Source of the DNA: Octopus sinensis
Lineage: Eukaryota
Assembly (NCBI RefSeq): GCF_006345805.1
Contig: NC_042997.1
Span: 147,498,001 to 147,562,000, forward strand
Direction: 5' to 3'
Length of the DNA stretch: 64,000 nt
Below the pieces are notes generated by a model that saw only the letters and a program-made list of their open reading frames with translations, searched no databases and had not been told where the DNA came from. Positions 1-13,500 of the stretch are shown in pieces (position 1 is the first letter of the stretch; each line of letters opens with the position of its first letter). A program made the translations under genes and the position numbers.

Positions 1-569
1 ATCCCTGCCCAGTAGCTTTTCTTTCATTTGTTGGATTCTTATTTTTCATAGTATTTGAAATGATCATTTTGTTTATATCGTAACCAACATCACCATCGTC
101 TTCACCACGACGACCATCTCCAACATCAACACCTAATCTACCAGCATGTGATTGTGGTCGTGGTGGTGCTGGTAGTGGTGGTACTGGCAGTGGTGTTTGT
201 GTTTTCTTCCCTTTCTCCTCGTCGAATCCTTACTTGTTCCTCTTTCCTTCCACTCTATATTTAGCTGACTTTGCTACTTCCATTTCCGTTCGGTCTCCAT
301 TGCTACGTGTATAACATTAAATCTAAACATCCGATTAAATTCAGCGATAAAAGTCTTAGGAACTCTAGAAAGGCGTTGACTAGCATTACAAGGAATTCAT
401 TGATCAGTGAAACCAATTCTTTAATATGGCAACGCTAATAAATTATCCTTGAGCAATACATGTAATGCACCCAATTGAGAACTATGCTGGAAACTGCTCC
501 AACAAAAGATGCAGTGTGATTACATTCAGCCGACGATAGCTGTCTTGCTGAAAGCTGAGACGAAGAGAG

Positions 570-576
570 AGAACAT

Positions 577-629
<53 letters not shown>

Positions 630-760
630 AAGAAGGAGAAAAAGAGCGAGTGAGCGAGGGAGAAATTAACAGGGAAATGTGCTGAGAAATAGCAAGAGAG
701 ATGGAGAGCGAGGGGTATATGAAGGAAGCGAATGAGATATATGGAAGTTAGTAACATATA
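570..760. repeat. (GA)n / purine-rich microsatellite tract
   Basis: Direct: long gagaga runs and purine-rich flanks. Confidence 0.9.
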
Positions 761-2243
761 GGCATACAGTGCTTATAATAGATCATTGAAAACAATCATT
801 TACGCTGAAGGCTATATTATTTAGCTGTATTATTTAGTTTTTCCTTGTATTAGCAGTAAACTAATTCAGTTTTAATGAAATGCTAACCTGACAATGATGT
901 CGATACATGTTTTTCGTCAGAAAGAAATAATGTACAGTAGAAACGAAAAAAAAAATATATATATTGGTTACCCATGTATGTATTTTCAATGCTATCTTTT
1001 CGGGGATTAACATACGAGGAGCAATTTCTATGGAATAAAATCTTTTGTTGTGTTGAAAATATATTTATAATAGGTGTAATGTGTGTGTGTATGTGTGTGT
1101 GTAATTTCAATGAAGTATTGACTTGGTTATGAAATTTTATATAAGTTATGGCAAATTAAAGGGGTTGAGATCTATATTGAAATATAAATATTCTGTATTT
1201 GATAGAAACGAAATATTTTGATAGTTAATTATATTAATATATGTCCAGCTCTCCATTTGATCATGTCGGCATATAACTGCAGTTGATATATAGTTTTATA
1301 TCGTAAACATAAATCGTTCATTTCCGGCGAAGGTAATGCTTGTATAATTTGGATGCGGACAAAAACAACTCCAAAAGATTGAATAGATATATTCAAGTCT
1401 TTCGTTAGTATTTCTCAGAGAAATAAAAATCCAGAATGTTGCAATTCCTTTGTGGGTTTCGTCAGTAATAAGTAATCTAATAGAACAAAAAATTATTTTA
1501 GAATAAATGTTAACCACGTAGCAAAAGCAAAGAAAATCAATATTTCAGGTATAGGCTCATTTTCAAGATAGAAGAAGAGAGACAATAGGAAAGACAAATA
1601 GGGTAATCTTCCTATCGTTATCAGAGAATCATGTTAGTAATGTGTGACGAACTTGTATAGCAGGGTATGTATTTTGGGAGTAAGGGAGAGCAGAATAGAA
1701 AGTAGAAATGCGGATCGTGTGCAAATAGAAAAAAAAAGGAGAAATAAGAATGAACAACAAAAGAATCAGTATATGTTGGTCAGTGTGTACACTGTGTGTA
1801 TGTGTACACACGCTGTTTAAGTGTTTAGAAAGGTGTGGTATTGCGTGCGGCTGTACTCAGGACGGTGGCGGGAATAAAAGATGGGAAGGAAATAGAAGGT
1901 AATAACACACTGTTGGTTCCAGAATGAGCACCTAACGTTCGCGAATCGGTAACTTCTTCGTGATTAATGGTGGAGTTGTTGTCAATTGTTGCTGGACGTA
2001 ATCGTCATTGTTTTGTCTCTTATGCAGGTCTGCTTTTGTAGACATATAAATCATTCCATCCGCGACAGTTACCCTATCATTGTATATCTATGCCTACCGT
2101 GTGCAGTGCGTCCTTCAGGTTTTCTAACACAGTAGGGTGTCATTTAAGGAGATTTTGTCGTATTTTGAGTGATTACTTGTGAATGTTTTTGCTGCTTTTT
2201 GTAATGGCAGTTGGACAACTGCGTTATAGTTTATATCTATGTA

Positions 2244-3592
2244 CAGGATGGGGCAGAGAGAACAGATGTTTTTGAAATGGCTATGATTTAGCCCCCACCC
2301 CCGGGGGGATTACATATGCCCGACAGGTACCATTCGATCCGTGATGTCTTAGCATTTTATTTTTCCTCAGAGGTGAAGCCATGTTGCTGTGAAAGATAGA
2401 GCATTGCGTATTTGCCTACGACTGTTACGTAAAGAATAATGAGTCTGTCACAACAGCTCAGCGTGAGTTTCGGTACCACTTCAACATTCTCTGAAATTAG
2501 GCTGTTCCGATCCGTACCACAATTTTACGTTGGGTGAATGCACTTCGTATACAAGGTACACTAATTAACAGGAGACTGGTGGGGGCGCCACGAACGGTAC
2601 GGACACCGGAAAATGTGGAACACGTCAGACAAGCTTTGATACAGAGTCCGAATCGCCCGTCTTGAAGGGAATTCCACTGAACTTGACATCAGTAATCTAT
2701 CGTTAAGGCGTATGTTGCACGAAGACCTGCATTTCTACATGTATAAATTGGTCATTGGGCGTCAGTTGAAACCATGGGACTATGCACAGTGGCTTAACTT
2801 CGCACCTCAGATGGAAGCAATTTTTGAGTCAAATGACAACGTCATTTTGTTAATGAGTAATGAAGCTCATTTTCTTCTGAATGGCAAGGTGAATCAACAG
2901 AATTGTCCTTATTGGGCTCTTTAAAATCCGCGGAAATTGTACGAAAGACCAATGCACAGCTCAAAAGTAATGGTCTGGTGTGCTGTTGGAAAATTGCTAC
3001 CATTAGTCCTTACCTTTTTAAAAACAGTAATAGAAATGCTGTTACTGTGAATTCCGAGCGTTACATTGAGATGATAAACAGCTTCTTTGTGCCTGAATTA
3101 CGACTAAAACGTGTGCCTATTCGACGTGTGTGATTTCAGCAAGATGGGGCGACGGCCCACACAGCCAGATCATCAATGGACGTTGTTCGCCCTCTCTTCA
3201 GTGACCACTTCATTTCCAGGTTTGCTGACATTCCTTAGCCCCATCGGTCTGCTGATTTGTCCATGTGTGATTATTTCTTGTGGGAGAACCTCAAGGCATG
3301 TCTGTATGCGTATAAGCCCCGTACATTGGATGATTTGAATGAAGCTATTCGCGTGGAAGTCGCCCAAATCGACAGAGCGGTACTGGAGAGAGTGGAGGCC
3401 AACTTCCAAGAACGCCTTCAGAAATGCATCAATGAAAATGAACATCACATGATGGATATTGTTTTCCACACATGATCTTAACAAATACTAATTTAATACA
3501 AACACATTAATGTCAATAAAATCTGTTTGCAGCAAAAAATAAGTGATTTTGTGAATTTTTCAAAAAACGTCCATCCTCTCTGTCCCACCCTG
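2244..3592 (+). mobile_element. Tc1/mariner superfamily DD41D (rosa/Visitor-type) DNA transposon, full length, decayed
   Basis: TA-flanked ~34-bp TIRs (CAGGATGGGGCAGAGAGAACAGATGTTTTTGAAA vs reverse complement CAGGGTGGGACAGAGAGGATGGACGTTTTTTGAAA). Transposase motifs SNEAHFLLNGKVNQQNCPYW, FQQDGATAHTA and P*PHRSADLSMCDYFLW; 41 residues counted between the 2nd and 3rd catalytic Asp. Several stops and frameshifts. Confidence 0.9.
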
Positions 3593-3747
3593 TATCATCG
3601 TATGCCAATATTTCTTTTGACATATGTATGTTATAACGTTGGTTATTGCCCTGTATGTTTCCTTCTCTTCTTCTTTATAAGTGTTCCTTGTTCAAACATC
3701 ATCTGCTTCAAAATTAACTGACGAATGGTTTTGTTATCAGCTTGATT

Positions 3748-4978
3748 TAGATCGTCAGTATGAAATTTGTAGTAAGGTAAATTTTGACAGCTGCTCATTT
3801 TGTGCCATTATTATATTTTGACAATCTTTATATTTTGTTACAAAGCTGACACATTTTTTTTAATTCTAACGCTTTATAAAGTATTCATAAATCGTTTGTT
3901 TTTTGCTATTTTCGTTTAGAGAAGTCGTAAATTCGTACAGTTTTGAAATATGAGTTCTTTCTTGGAGATATTAATGGAGTATTTCGTTCTAATGTTATTA
4001 CGTGGCAGACAGTATCAAATTGGTTTGCAAAATTTCGTTTTGATAACTTTGACCTCACAAATGAGCAGCGTTGTCGACCAGAAACAAAGGTGGATAATAA
4101 CTAACTGAAAGCCACCGTCGAGTCAGATCCATCACAAGGTGGCCGTGAATTTTCGTTGTTGTTTGGTCTTAGCAAGAAAACAGTATTGACTCACCTAATT
4201 CAAATCGGTAAAGTGAAAAAGTTAGATAAGTGGGTTCCACATGAACTCAATGAAAATCAGAATCAGCGACGTTTCGAAGCCTGCATTATGCTACATTCTC
4301 GTCACAAAAATGAATCATTTTTTAATCGTATTTTAAAATGTGATGAGAAATGGATCCAATACAACAACTGCAAACATTCAGCACAATTGTTGGACAAAGA
4401 TGAGCCACCAAAACGCAGTCCAAAAAGCAAAACTTGTCAAAAGAAGCTGATGGCCTGTGTTTATCGGTCTGGCGCAGGTGTGATCCATAATGATTTCCTT
4501 AAACCTGGCTCATCAATCACGGCCGAAGTATACTGCAGCCAACTTGACCAAATGATGCAGAAACTTACAAGAGACAGCTTAGATTAGTAATCAGATCCAC
4601 TCCTATTTTATTGCAAGACTGTGCCAGACTACACATCGCAAAAATGGCAGTGGCGGAACTACAGGAGTTGGCGTTGGAAGTTCTCCATCATCCACCATAG
4701 TCACCTGATTTTCTTCCCACTGACTATCACTTCTTCCAGAATTTGGATAACATTTTGATAGGAAAATGATTTAATTCCGAAGATGCTGTAAAACAGATCT
4801 TGCAAGATTTTATTGACTCTAAATAGCCGGGCTTTTACCGTTCCGGACTGGACAAGCTACTGTTTAAATGGCAAAAGTGTATTGGCAATATGGGTACATA
4901 CTTTGATGAATAAAGCTATTCCTTCTATTTATAAAACATTAGCAAACTTTTCTACAAATTTCATACTTGACGACCTAA
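3748..4978 (+). mobile_element. mariner (DD34D) DNA transposon, full length, decayed
   Basis: TIRs TTAGATCGTCAGTATGAAATTTGTAG / CTACAAATTTCATACTTGACGACCTAA followed by TA. Motifs KWVPHEL, KCDEKWIQY, LLQDCARLH and HPP*SPDFLPTDYHFF; 34 residues between the 2nd and 3rd Asp. Confidence 0.9.
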
Positions 4979-5062
4979 TAAAATGGCAAAATAAATTTAA
5001 GTTTTGACCAGAAAAATCTGGGTAGCTGTATTTCACAAGACCTGTGGATCTCGTTATGACCT

Positions 5063-5190
<128 letters not shown>

Positions 5191-5194
5191 GATG

Positions 5195-5345
5195 AGGAAT
5201 TATGTACATTATTTACAATTGACAGATATCTGTCCACATCTTCGTTGTTGTTAACACAACGTTTCGGCTGATATACACTCCATCCTTCATCAGGTGTCTT
5301 GGGGAAATTTCGAACCTGCGTTCTCATTCCTAAAGTATTATTCGC
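5195..5345 (-). mobile_element. Penelope-like pLTR / HHR-bearing short repeat (family HH-A; same family as both arms at 23.8-24.2 kb)
   Basis: About 150 nt highly similar to the 23773-23915 and 24115-24228 segments (...ttaggaatgagaacccaggttcgaaatttccccaagacacCTGATGA...GAAACgttgtgttaacaac...). Confidence 0.75.
5253..5298 (-). ncRNA. Minimal type I hammerhead ribozyme motif (extra A after A9, GUU site)
   Basis: Minus strand GACAC-CTGATGA-A-GGATG gagtgtatat CAGCC-GAAA-CG-TT-GTGTT: stem I GACAC/GTGTT, stem II with one mismatch, palindromic ACGT stem III. Confidence 0.65.
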
Positions 5346-5490
5346 ACTTTCGTTTTGGATCACCACTAATGTATTATCTCCCCTCCTTCCTAGCTCTCTT
5401 GTCTGAGCTCTCTGTCCGGCAGTCACCTAGATATATCCCTAGCCACTAAACCTTTTTAAAAATTTTCTCTCTCAGTTTATTTCTGTGTCC

Positions 5491-5525
5491 CTTTGTTGAA
5501 GAACGTAGGCTCGAAACGTAAAAGA
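5491..5525 (+). ncRNA. Degenerate hammerhead-like motif in a Penelope-like repeat
   Basis: cttTGTTGA-A-GAAC gtag GCTC-GAAAC-GTA-AAAG; core and stem II mutated, stem I CTTT/AAAG. Confidence 0.35.
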
Positions 5526-5999
5526 CTTTCTTACTTCCCAAGCGTTAAACTAATACGTCTGTTTGCTGTTTAAACACTCGTCTTCGTCTTTTGTACTTTC
5601 GTAAATTCTCACTATATATATAGACATGTTTTACTCTTATTGCTTATACTTTACACCTTTTTCACACATTTTTCTGTATTTTGCATTTAGCCCTGTTTTT
5701 CTTGTACATGTGCGTATATAGACGTGTGTATGAACATGTTAATGTACGCGCGTGTGTGTGCGAGCGTGTATGCGGGTATGTATATATTTTTAGCGAATGT
5801 GTAGGTCAGCATGCATGTGTTTCAAGTGAGGAATGATGAGTATATACATATAGGCGCATGTACGTGGGCGTGCATTTGAATGTATGGACATGCGCGCTTA
5901 CGCGATTACTATAAACATTTTTACTCCCTTACCTTTACTCCCTCCCCTTACTTAGCGGTCATTCTAATAGTTCTTTTGTTACATATATATATATATATA

Positions 6000-6395
6000 T
6001 ATTCCTTTACTATTTTGTTTAAGTTATTTGACTGTGGCCATGCTAGAGCACCGTATTTAGTTGAACAAATCCACCCCAGGACTTATTCTATCGGTCTGTT
6101 TTTGACGAACCGCTTAATTACGGGGACTTGAATACACCAGCATTGGTTGTCAAGCGATGGTTGGCGGACAAACACATACACACAAACATATATACACATA
6201 CATATACACACAGATACACACACACATGTATAAATATATATACGTCGAGCTTCTTTCAGTTTCCGTCTACCAAATCCACTCGCAAGGATTTAGTCAGCGC
6301 GAGGTTATATTAGAAGACACTTACCCAAGGTGCCATGCAGTGGGAACTGTACCCGGAACCATGTGGTTGGTGAACAAGCTACTTACCCCCCACCC
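6000..6395 (-). mobile_element. tRNA-derived SINE family B (internal (TA)n/(TG)n microsatellite, (GAGTAAAA)n-like tail)
   Basis: Homologous to the copies at 49337-49744, 50081-50516 and 54653-55106; B-box-like GGTTCCGGGTACAGTTCC. Confidence 0.85.
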
Positions 6396-8339
6396 ACATA
6401 TATATATATATATATATGGATCTTAATTTATCTTCGGTAACTTTAAGCTTTTAATTTTAACTTATAAAAGTTAAAAGAAATGAAATGTCCACCCATAGCT
6501 AGAAGCATTTTAAAAGTTTTAAATAAAAATTGATGCATGGAAAACATCTCCGTTCATTTTGATCAGTTATCCGCATATTACTCACATGTTTTAAACGTCT
6601 GAGCTCTCTAAACCACCTCAGGTTAAATAATATTGCATTGAAAATTAATTATTATTGTAGCGTAGTAGAATTATTTTGCGACTGAAAGTAAGAGAAATGA
6701 GGAGAAAAGCAGAGATAAATAGATAGAAAGATACATAGATAAATGGCGAGAGAGAGAGAGAAAGAGAGAAAGAGAGAGAGAGAGAGTGTGATGGACAAAG
6801 TGGGACAAAGAGAAAAAATGAGGAATACAGGATGAGAAAAAGAGAGAGCGCGAAATGGAAGATTTGAGTGCGTTTTTTTCTGAATGTATCGCAGTCATCG
6901 TAGAAGTCTCATGAGCAAATGTCCATCGCCTCTTAAAATTTCAATTTTAATTGATTCCTATCTGGAAGTAATATTATCAAATTATGGCATTTAAAAAATT
7001 TTGAGAGTTATCGCTAAAGGCTTAGGATAGGTTCACATTTAGGTACACAGTGTCTCTTCAGCCTTGTTGAAAATTTGTCATAATTTTCCTGAAAGCATAC
7101 TATTCGGAAATACTTGCAAATGAAATGGTATGCTATGTTTTGTCATGGAACAGGAAAATGGAGATCCTGAAAATCCCTAGGTGACAACAATAAGGCTACA
7201 CAAACTAAATTAAAAGTTTTTGCTTGAACTTGTTGTAGCTAAAATTTAGTCGTTCATCTGTTAAGAGTAGTGTGTTTTTTTGTAAAAATATAGTAATAAA
7301 ACAGAATGGAAAATATCCTTGGGTAGTTGAAAACTAATAAAAAGAAAGACAAAATTGCAATTAACATATTACAAGGATTCCGATCATTAAATAAAACCAA
7401 AACATAGTTACAATAACAGTAACAACAACAACAACAAATTTCATGAATCATAATTGAAAAGAAAAGATAAAATCGAAGCCACAGAAAGAAAAACGTAAAC
7501 AAAAATTAATTCGGAAACGACACAACAAAAATAACATTAACTAAGTTCCTACAGAAATATAAAAATACAGAGAAAGAACTCACGCAACAACAATCCAAAA
7601 GGAGGTTTTAATGATTGTCAATTTGCAATATGAAATTTAGTTTCTTGTTTGAAATCATTGTGAGATAGTTATTGAAGCCTAAACACGAAATTAAAACAAA
7701 ATGAATGACAATCGGTTGCACAGCGATAGTATAGAAGAAATTAGTATTTTACATTGCCTGGAAGCGAAGATGCACGGACAATTAAAAGCATGGAGTGCTT
7801 ATCTAAGCTTAGATTGTTTATGCAATTTTGTTGAGGTCGTCAGTTCTATAAATAAAAAAAAATAATTTAGTGCTTTTTTTTTGCAAGGAAGAATGATACA
7901 AAAATGGTCAGAGAATTGATTATAATCTTGTGTTAACTACAGGATCATTATTAAAAACGAATGGCGTAAGTGATGAATTATTAAGGCAGTTAACACAAAA
8001 TAGCGATTTTCAGAAACAGCATTTTGAAGGAAGTAAGTTTTATCAATAAATAGTTGGCTAAATAGGAGCAAAAATAACAAATAATAATAGATTGTAATTG
8101 TGGTTTAACACATATTTTACTATGTCGTTTAAAAACAAATTACTAATTTTCAGTGTTTGGAACAACACAGGCAATATATATAATACGTGTACATAAAAAG
8201 TACACATAATACATAGGCAAGTACATAAAAAAATACATACACGAATAACGACAACAACAACAACAACAACAATAATAATAATAATAATGATAATCAGTTG
8301 CAGCGTGGAAGATATTTGCAAGCTATTGAAGAACACACA

Positions 8340-8600
8340 AAAACCGCTAGTTTTACTTCAATATTTAATTTTCATTTCTCTCAAAATATTTTCGTCGCTT
8401 TGAAACCGCGACCTATTCACTGACAAAACTTGGCGCTGCACCTGAGAGAGCTAACAATTATTTCATAATCTATATGTGCTTATGTATGTCATTGTTCTAT
8501 TTCATTTCAAAATTTCTTGCCAATAGAGAAAGAGCCGGTTTCTAACCTAGATTCAAGGCTCCTTCATTGGAGTTTCAACATCAACAACAGGGTATTTTTG
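8340..8600 (-). mobile_element. Putative Penelope-like pLTR remnant with two degenerate HHR-like folds
   Basis: Minus strand GTGAATA-G-GTCGC..GCGAC-GAAA-ATATT and CCAATGA-A..AGCCT..AGGTT-A-GAAA-CCGG; both cores carry two mismatches. Confidence 0.35.
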
Positions 8601-8741
8601 TTTGTATGTATGTATGTACATATGCAGATTTGTATATTTTGTTTTATGTATATATTCTCATGCATATAGTTGCATATCTAGATATTCTCATATATATTTA
8701 AATGATAAATTTCAGGAAAGTTTTTTTGCAGATCCTTACAG

Positions 8742-8870
8742 TATGTATGTATGTATGTATGTATGTATGTATGTATGTATGTATGTATGTATGTATGTAT
8801 GTATGCATGTATGCATGTATGTATGTATGTATGAATGAATGAATGAATATATGTATGTATGTATGTGTGT
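8742..8870. repeat. (TATG)n microsatellite
   Basis: Direct. Confidence 0.95.
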
Positions 8871-11800
8871 TTGTGTGCATGTATGTATATATGTACGTGC
8901 GCATGCAAACATATAATCGCATGTATGCCCGTATATATATGTATGTACGCATGTGTGTATGTGATCATTTACGCATGTGTGTAGATGTGTCGGCGTATGT
9001 GTATGTGTGTATGTACATGTAAATGTATGTTTGTTTATGTACTGATATGCATAAATTGTAAGCTTCACGCTACAGGTGAATATTCAGAGCAGACCTGTTC
9101 ACCCAGCCTATGCCTGTCACTCTCACTCAGCGTTCAACAAATCTGTTGGGAACAGAACTTCCTTCACTGCCTCATTTTCCACTTGAAGTGAAACTCGAAA
9201 AAAGTTGATGAGACCTTGATCGAAGAAGAGAGTGTCCCTCGCATAACCTCTCACGATATGGAAAAAGTAAGAAGAAACACTTTATTTCTGTGGAAGGATA
9301 GGCATTCTGTCCTTCCTGTTATTTGCGGGTATTTCTGCAGGTGTTTCTTTAAAGAGTCTCTAATTTATAGTCCCTCTGAAGTCTCCTACTTCTTGAGTGT
9401 GTTTATCTTTTGGAATGATCTATGTCTGTTACAATATTTTGAATTACTTTTATGTGTAGTAGAATGCTATTTGTTATCGTAATATGGTTGTGCGTGACGC
9501 TTATAGATAAATTTGTGTATGTGATTTATTTTTGTGTTTATGTCTGTGTAATAAAAGATTTCTCTTTTTTATCGTTCGCACCGACTGTTGGTTTGTGAAT
9601 TTGGTCGTGCTTGTACTTGTGATGGTGTCTGTGATAACGGTGGTGGTGATAGTATAGCTGTGGTGCCGATGCATCATTGCTTAGCGACACTTCCACCGTT
9701 TGTTTATATCCGCCAGATATTTTGTTTGGTGTATTTTTGCTTCATTTCTATTACTGTTTGCTATTTAATTTCCATCTCGCCACGTTCACCATACATATCT
9801 GTATTATGAGCTGGAAGAGAAGCATGTCTTAGGTAGTCTTGTTGTATTCTTCTGTTGTTGATATAATTGTTGCCACTGTTGTTTTGGCTCTCCGTGGTGG
9901 TGGTGTGCTTTATTTCATTTTTGCTGTTGATCTCACTGTTGTTGTTTTTCTTGCTGTTGCTGCTAGAGTCACTGATGTTGTTGCTGTTGTGTTAAAGATT
10001 TAGGAAGAAATGGTGGTTTTCCTTCTCTCCTTTATTGCTGTGGATGACACCATAATGTAACATTGGAACCGTGTGCCCTAAACGGCTTCGTAGAGTTTTA
10101 TGTCGTCTAGCAAGATTGATCAGGTCCGGGATAGATTCCATTATTCGTTGAGCCGTTTGGATCAATAATTCCATACCTCGTCCTTAACAACTTAATATAA
10201 ACGATATGCAGCCTTGGACCTGCAGAATATTCTGAATATTAGTTTGGATCTCCATATCATAGAAGACAGCTGCCATCAATTCGGCTGTTCATTTGAACTA
10301 TTCTACAACCAAAGTAAATTATCACGAGTACCATATTGTCAATCCTTTGGGTTATTGTGGTGTGCTTCTTGACTTCATTTTATCTAGGCAATTTTACTGG
10401 TGTTCTTATTTCTTTTCTTCTGGGGACATATGTCTGAGGCACTTTTCAATTTGCAGCTGTGTCACGTACTCTATTTTCTTACTTTTCGTCGCTAATATTT
10501 TGAATACCACAGTTCTGAATTTGGTTTCTGAATGAATAGATCCTAGGATGTTGACCATAACATTTTGTCCATACTTTGTAAAATTTTTTTTTTTTTGTGT
10601 TTAGTTTAATTCTTCAAACGTTAAAATAATGTCTTCTATTTAGTGGACGACGTCGGTGAAACTGCAAACGCAGTAAGTTGTCGGGTATGCATTTTTTGTG
10701 TTGACATTACTGGTACTGATGCAGCGGAGGTGAAAGACCTCGTCGTATGTTTAAAGCACAATTTGTTGTTTTTTGTTTTTCTTTCTTCTAAACTGTCATT
10801 GTTGCTTCGTTTTCTTTGTTATTGTTGTTGGTGTTGTTTTCATTTTCATTGTTGTTGTTTTATCATTTGCCTTGTTGTTATTGTTTCTGTCAGTTTGGTG
10901 GTGAAAGCGGCATTTTGTTTTAAATGTGGGAAGCATCAAAACAACTCTTTCAATCTCTGGTGTCACTCTCCCGGCTATCTGTCGAAACATTCGAAGCCAA
11001 GTTCTTTGGTTACTTAAAAAATATGTATAAATATAAAATGAACAAACTGCCCCCTGAGGGGCCAAAGATTTTGTAAAGCCAAGTAACCTCAAAGGATGCT
11101 GGTCGGCTTATTAATAGAGTAGAACAGCAAAAACCAAAATAGCTTTCTCCAAAAGAATAATATTTTACAATAGCTTACGAGCTCAAACCAAAGCCCATTT
11201 TTGCAAACACAGTAATAATAAAAATAATAATATCGACGATTATAACTATCGGGACCCGTAAATATTTCTCGGAATTAATGGTAAACCTATTGGGTTATTT
11301 CTGAAAATTTTATCCAAAAATCCTGAAAGCATAGCCTGTGTTATGTCAGTATAGATAGTCGTTCAACTGCTACTTATTGAAAAGTTAAAGAAATTGGAAT
11401 ACGATGATTATCTAATGCACTTCATGTACATATTTTTATACTTTATGCCCATACACTCTTATTTCCCATAAACAAATAAAATAGAATATTCCGTGCAGAT
11501 GCGACAACCTTTAGTTAAATGCATATATCTGCCACGTAAATAAGCGTGAATGTTTCACGAAATTGCACATATAAAGCACCACCATAACCACAATCATCAT
11601 CATCATATCTATCCCCCTCTCTATGACTCCTGTCTCTCTCCCCCTATCTTCCTCCACTTTCTTTTCTTCCTCTCTCTCTGCCTTTCTTTAACCTTACTAT
11701 CAGAACATCACCTCTCTGCTAAAATTATATTTTTAACTCTCCTCCTCTACCTTCAACCAACTTTTTAACCACGTAATAAATATTACGTTCCCTTACTTCA

Positions 11801-12120
11801 TGTCATGGGCGCTACTCTCACTCTTTTTTTCTTTCTCCTGCTTTCTGTCTTACTCCTCGCCTTATCCTCATTTTCTCTCTCCTTTCGTTTCTGCTCTCTT
11901 TCCCTTCAACTAAGCCCGTGAAAGCGTTACAATTAAATTCCATCTACCTCACATCATGAATGCCTCTCTCTCTCTCTCTTCTTCCTCCCTCTTTTTCTCT
12001 TACCCTCTTTTCTTTCTTCCTCTTTCTCTTGTATCACGGTAGAGCGTTGCCGACAGGCTAAGTAACGCAACAACCAGCATAATTATTATAAGATAATAAA
12101 AATAAAGATCATGCTGATAA

Positions 12121-12316
12121 CAATGGTTTCAAATTTTCGCGGGAGAGGATAAGTCGATTACATCGATCCCACTACTCAACCGCTTATTTTTTATCGACTC
12201 CGAGGGATGAAAAGCAAAGCTGACCACGGCAGAATTTCAACTCGAAACGTGAAGGCTGACGGAATGTCGGTTAGAATTTCTCCAAGCATGCTAGCGATTG
12301 TGCCAGCTCGCCGCCT

Positions 12317-12366
<50 letters not shown>

Positions 12367-12606
12367 AATAATAATAATAATCCTTTCTGCAATAGGCAAA
12401 AAGCCTTAATTTCGGGGAGTGTGAGGAGGTGATTTTCGTTTACATCTACCCCAGTGCTTAACTGGTACTTATTTTATTGATCATGAGAGAATGAAGAAAG
12501 GCAAAGTCAACTTCGGAGGAATTTGAACTCAGAACTTAAAGACGGACGAAATACCATTAATTATTTTGTCCGGCGTGCTAACACTACTCTAGCCCATAGC
12601 CCTAAT

Positions 12607-12658
<52 letters not shown>

Positions 12659-13453
12659 GTGATAATAATAGTGGAAAGGGTAGAAGGGTCCCTTTGAGCT
12701 TCTTTAGACTAAAGGTAGAAGGGCCCCTTTGGGTATTTTTAGACATGCCCCTCTAGAGATTGTGTCTCGAAAAAAATACTAGTGGGTGTGGCAACTCATC
12801 GACATTCCCCCTGCATGCGAGTTATGAATAACAGGATTGACACAAACAACGTCGTAAATGAGGGAGGAACTACAGGTGGCAGACTGTCGCCCGGCAGGTG
12901 CCCTGTGGATGAGCAGCACAATCCCGGTCGTCACTATACGTCTGCAGAACCAAATGGACTAAAACTATGAGTACATGAGAACAGAGCAGGCCCAAAAAAC
13001 TGCACTGCCGGGTACAGCTACGATTTTGAGATTGGTACTTGGATGTTGAATGTATCTTACGACAATTAACAACCAAGTATTAAAGCTCATAATGTTCGGA
13101 AAGATACCCTGTGAGACTTCTGATAGCAGGATGCTGTCGGTTCTCACAGAATCTACCAGAGTAAACAAGATCGAGCACTCTGAGAAATAAAACAATAATA
13201 AGAATAATAATAATCCGTTCTACTAAAGGCACAATGCCTGAAATTTGTGGGGAGAGGAATAGTCTATTACATCGTCCCTAGTGTTTCATTGGTATTTAAT
13301 TTATCGACCCCGAATGGATGAAAGGCTTAGTTGACCTTGGTTGAATTTGAACTAAGAGGGTAAGGACGGACGAAATGCCGTTAAGCATTTTGCCCTCCGT
13401 GCTGACGATTCTGCCAGCTCACCGACTTAATAATATAAATAATAATAATAATA

Positions 13454-13500
<47 letters not shown>

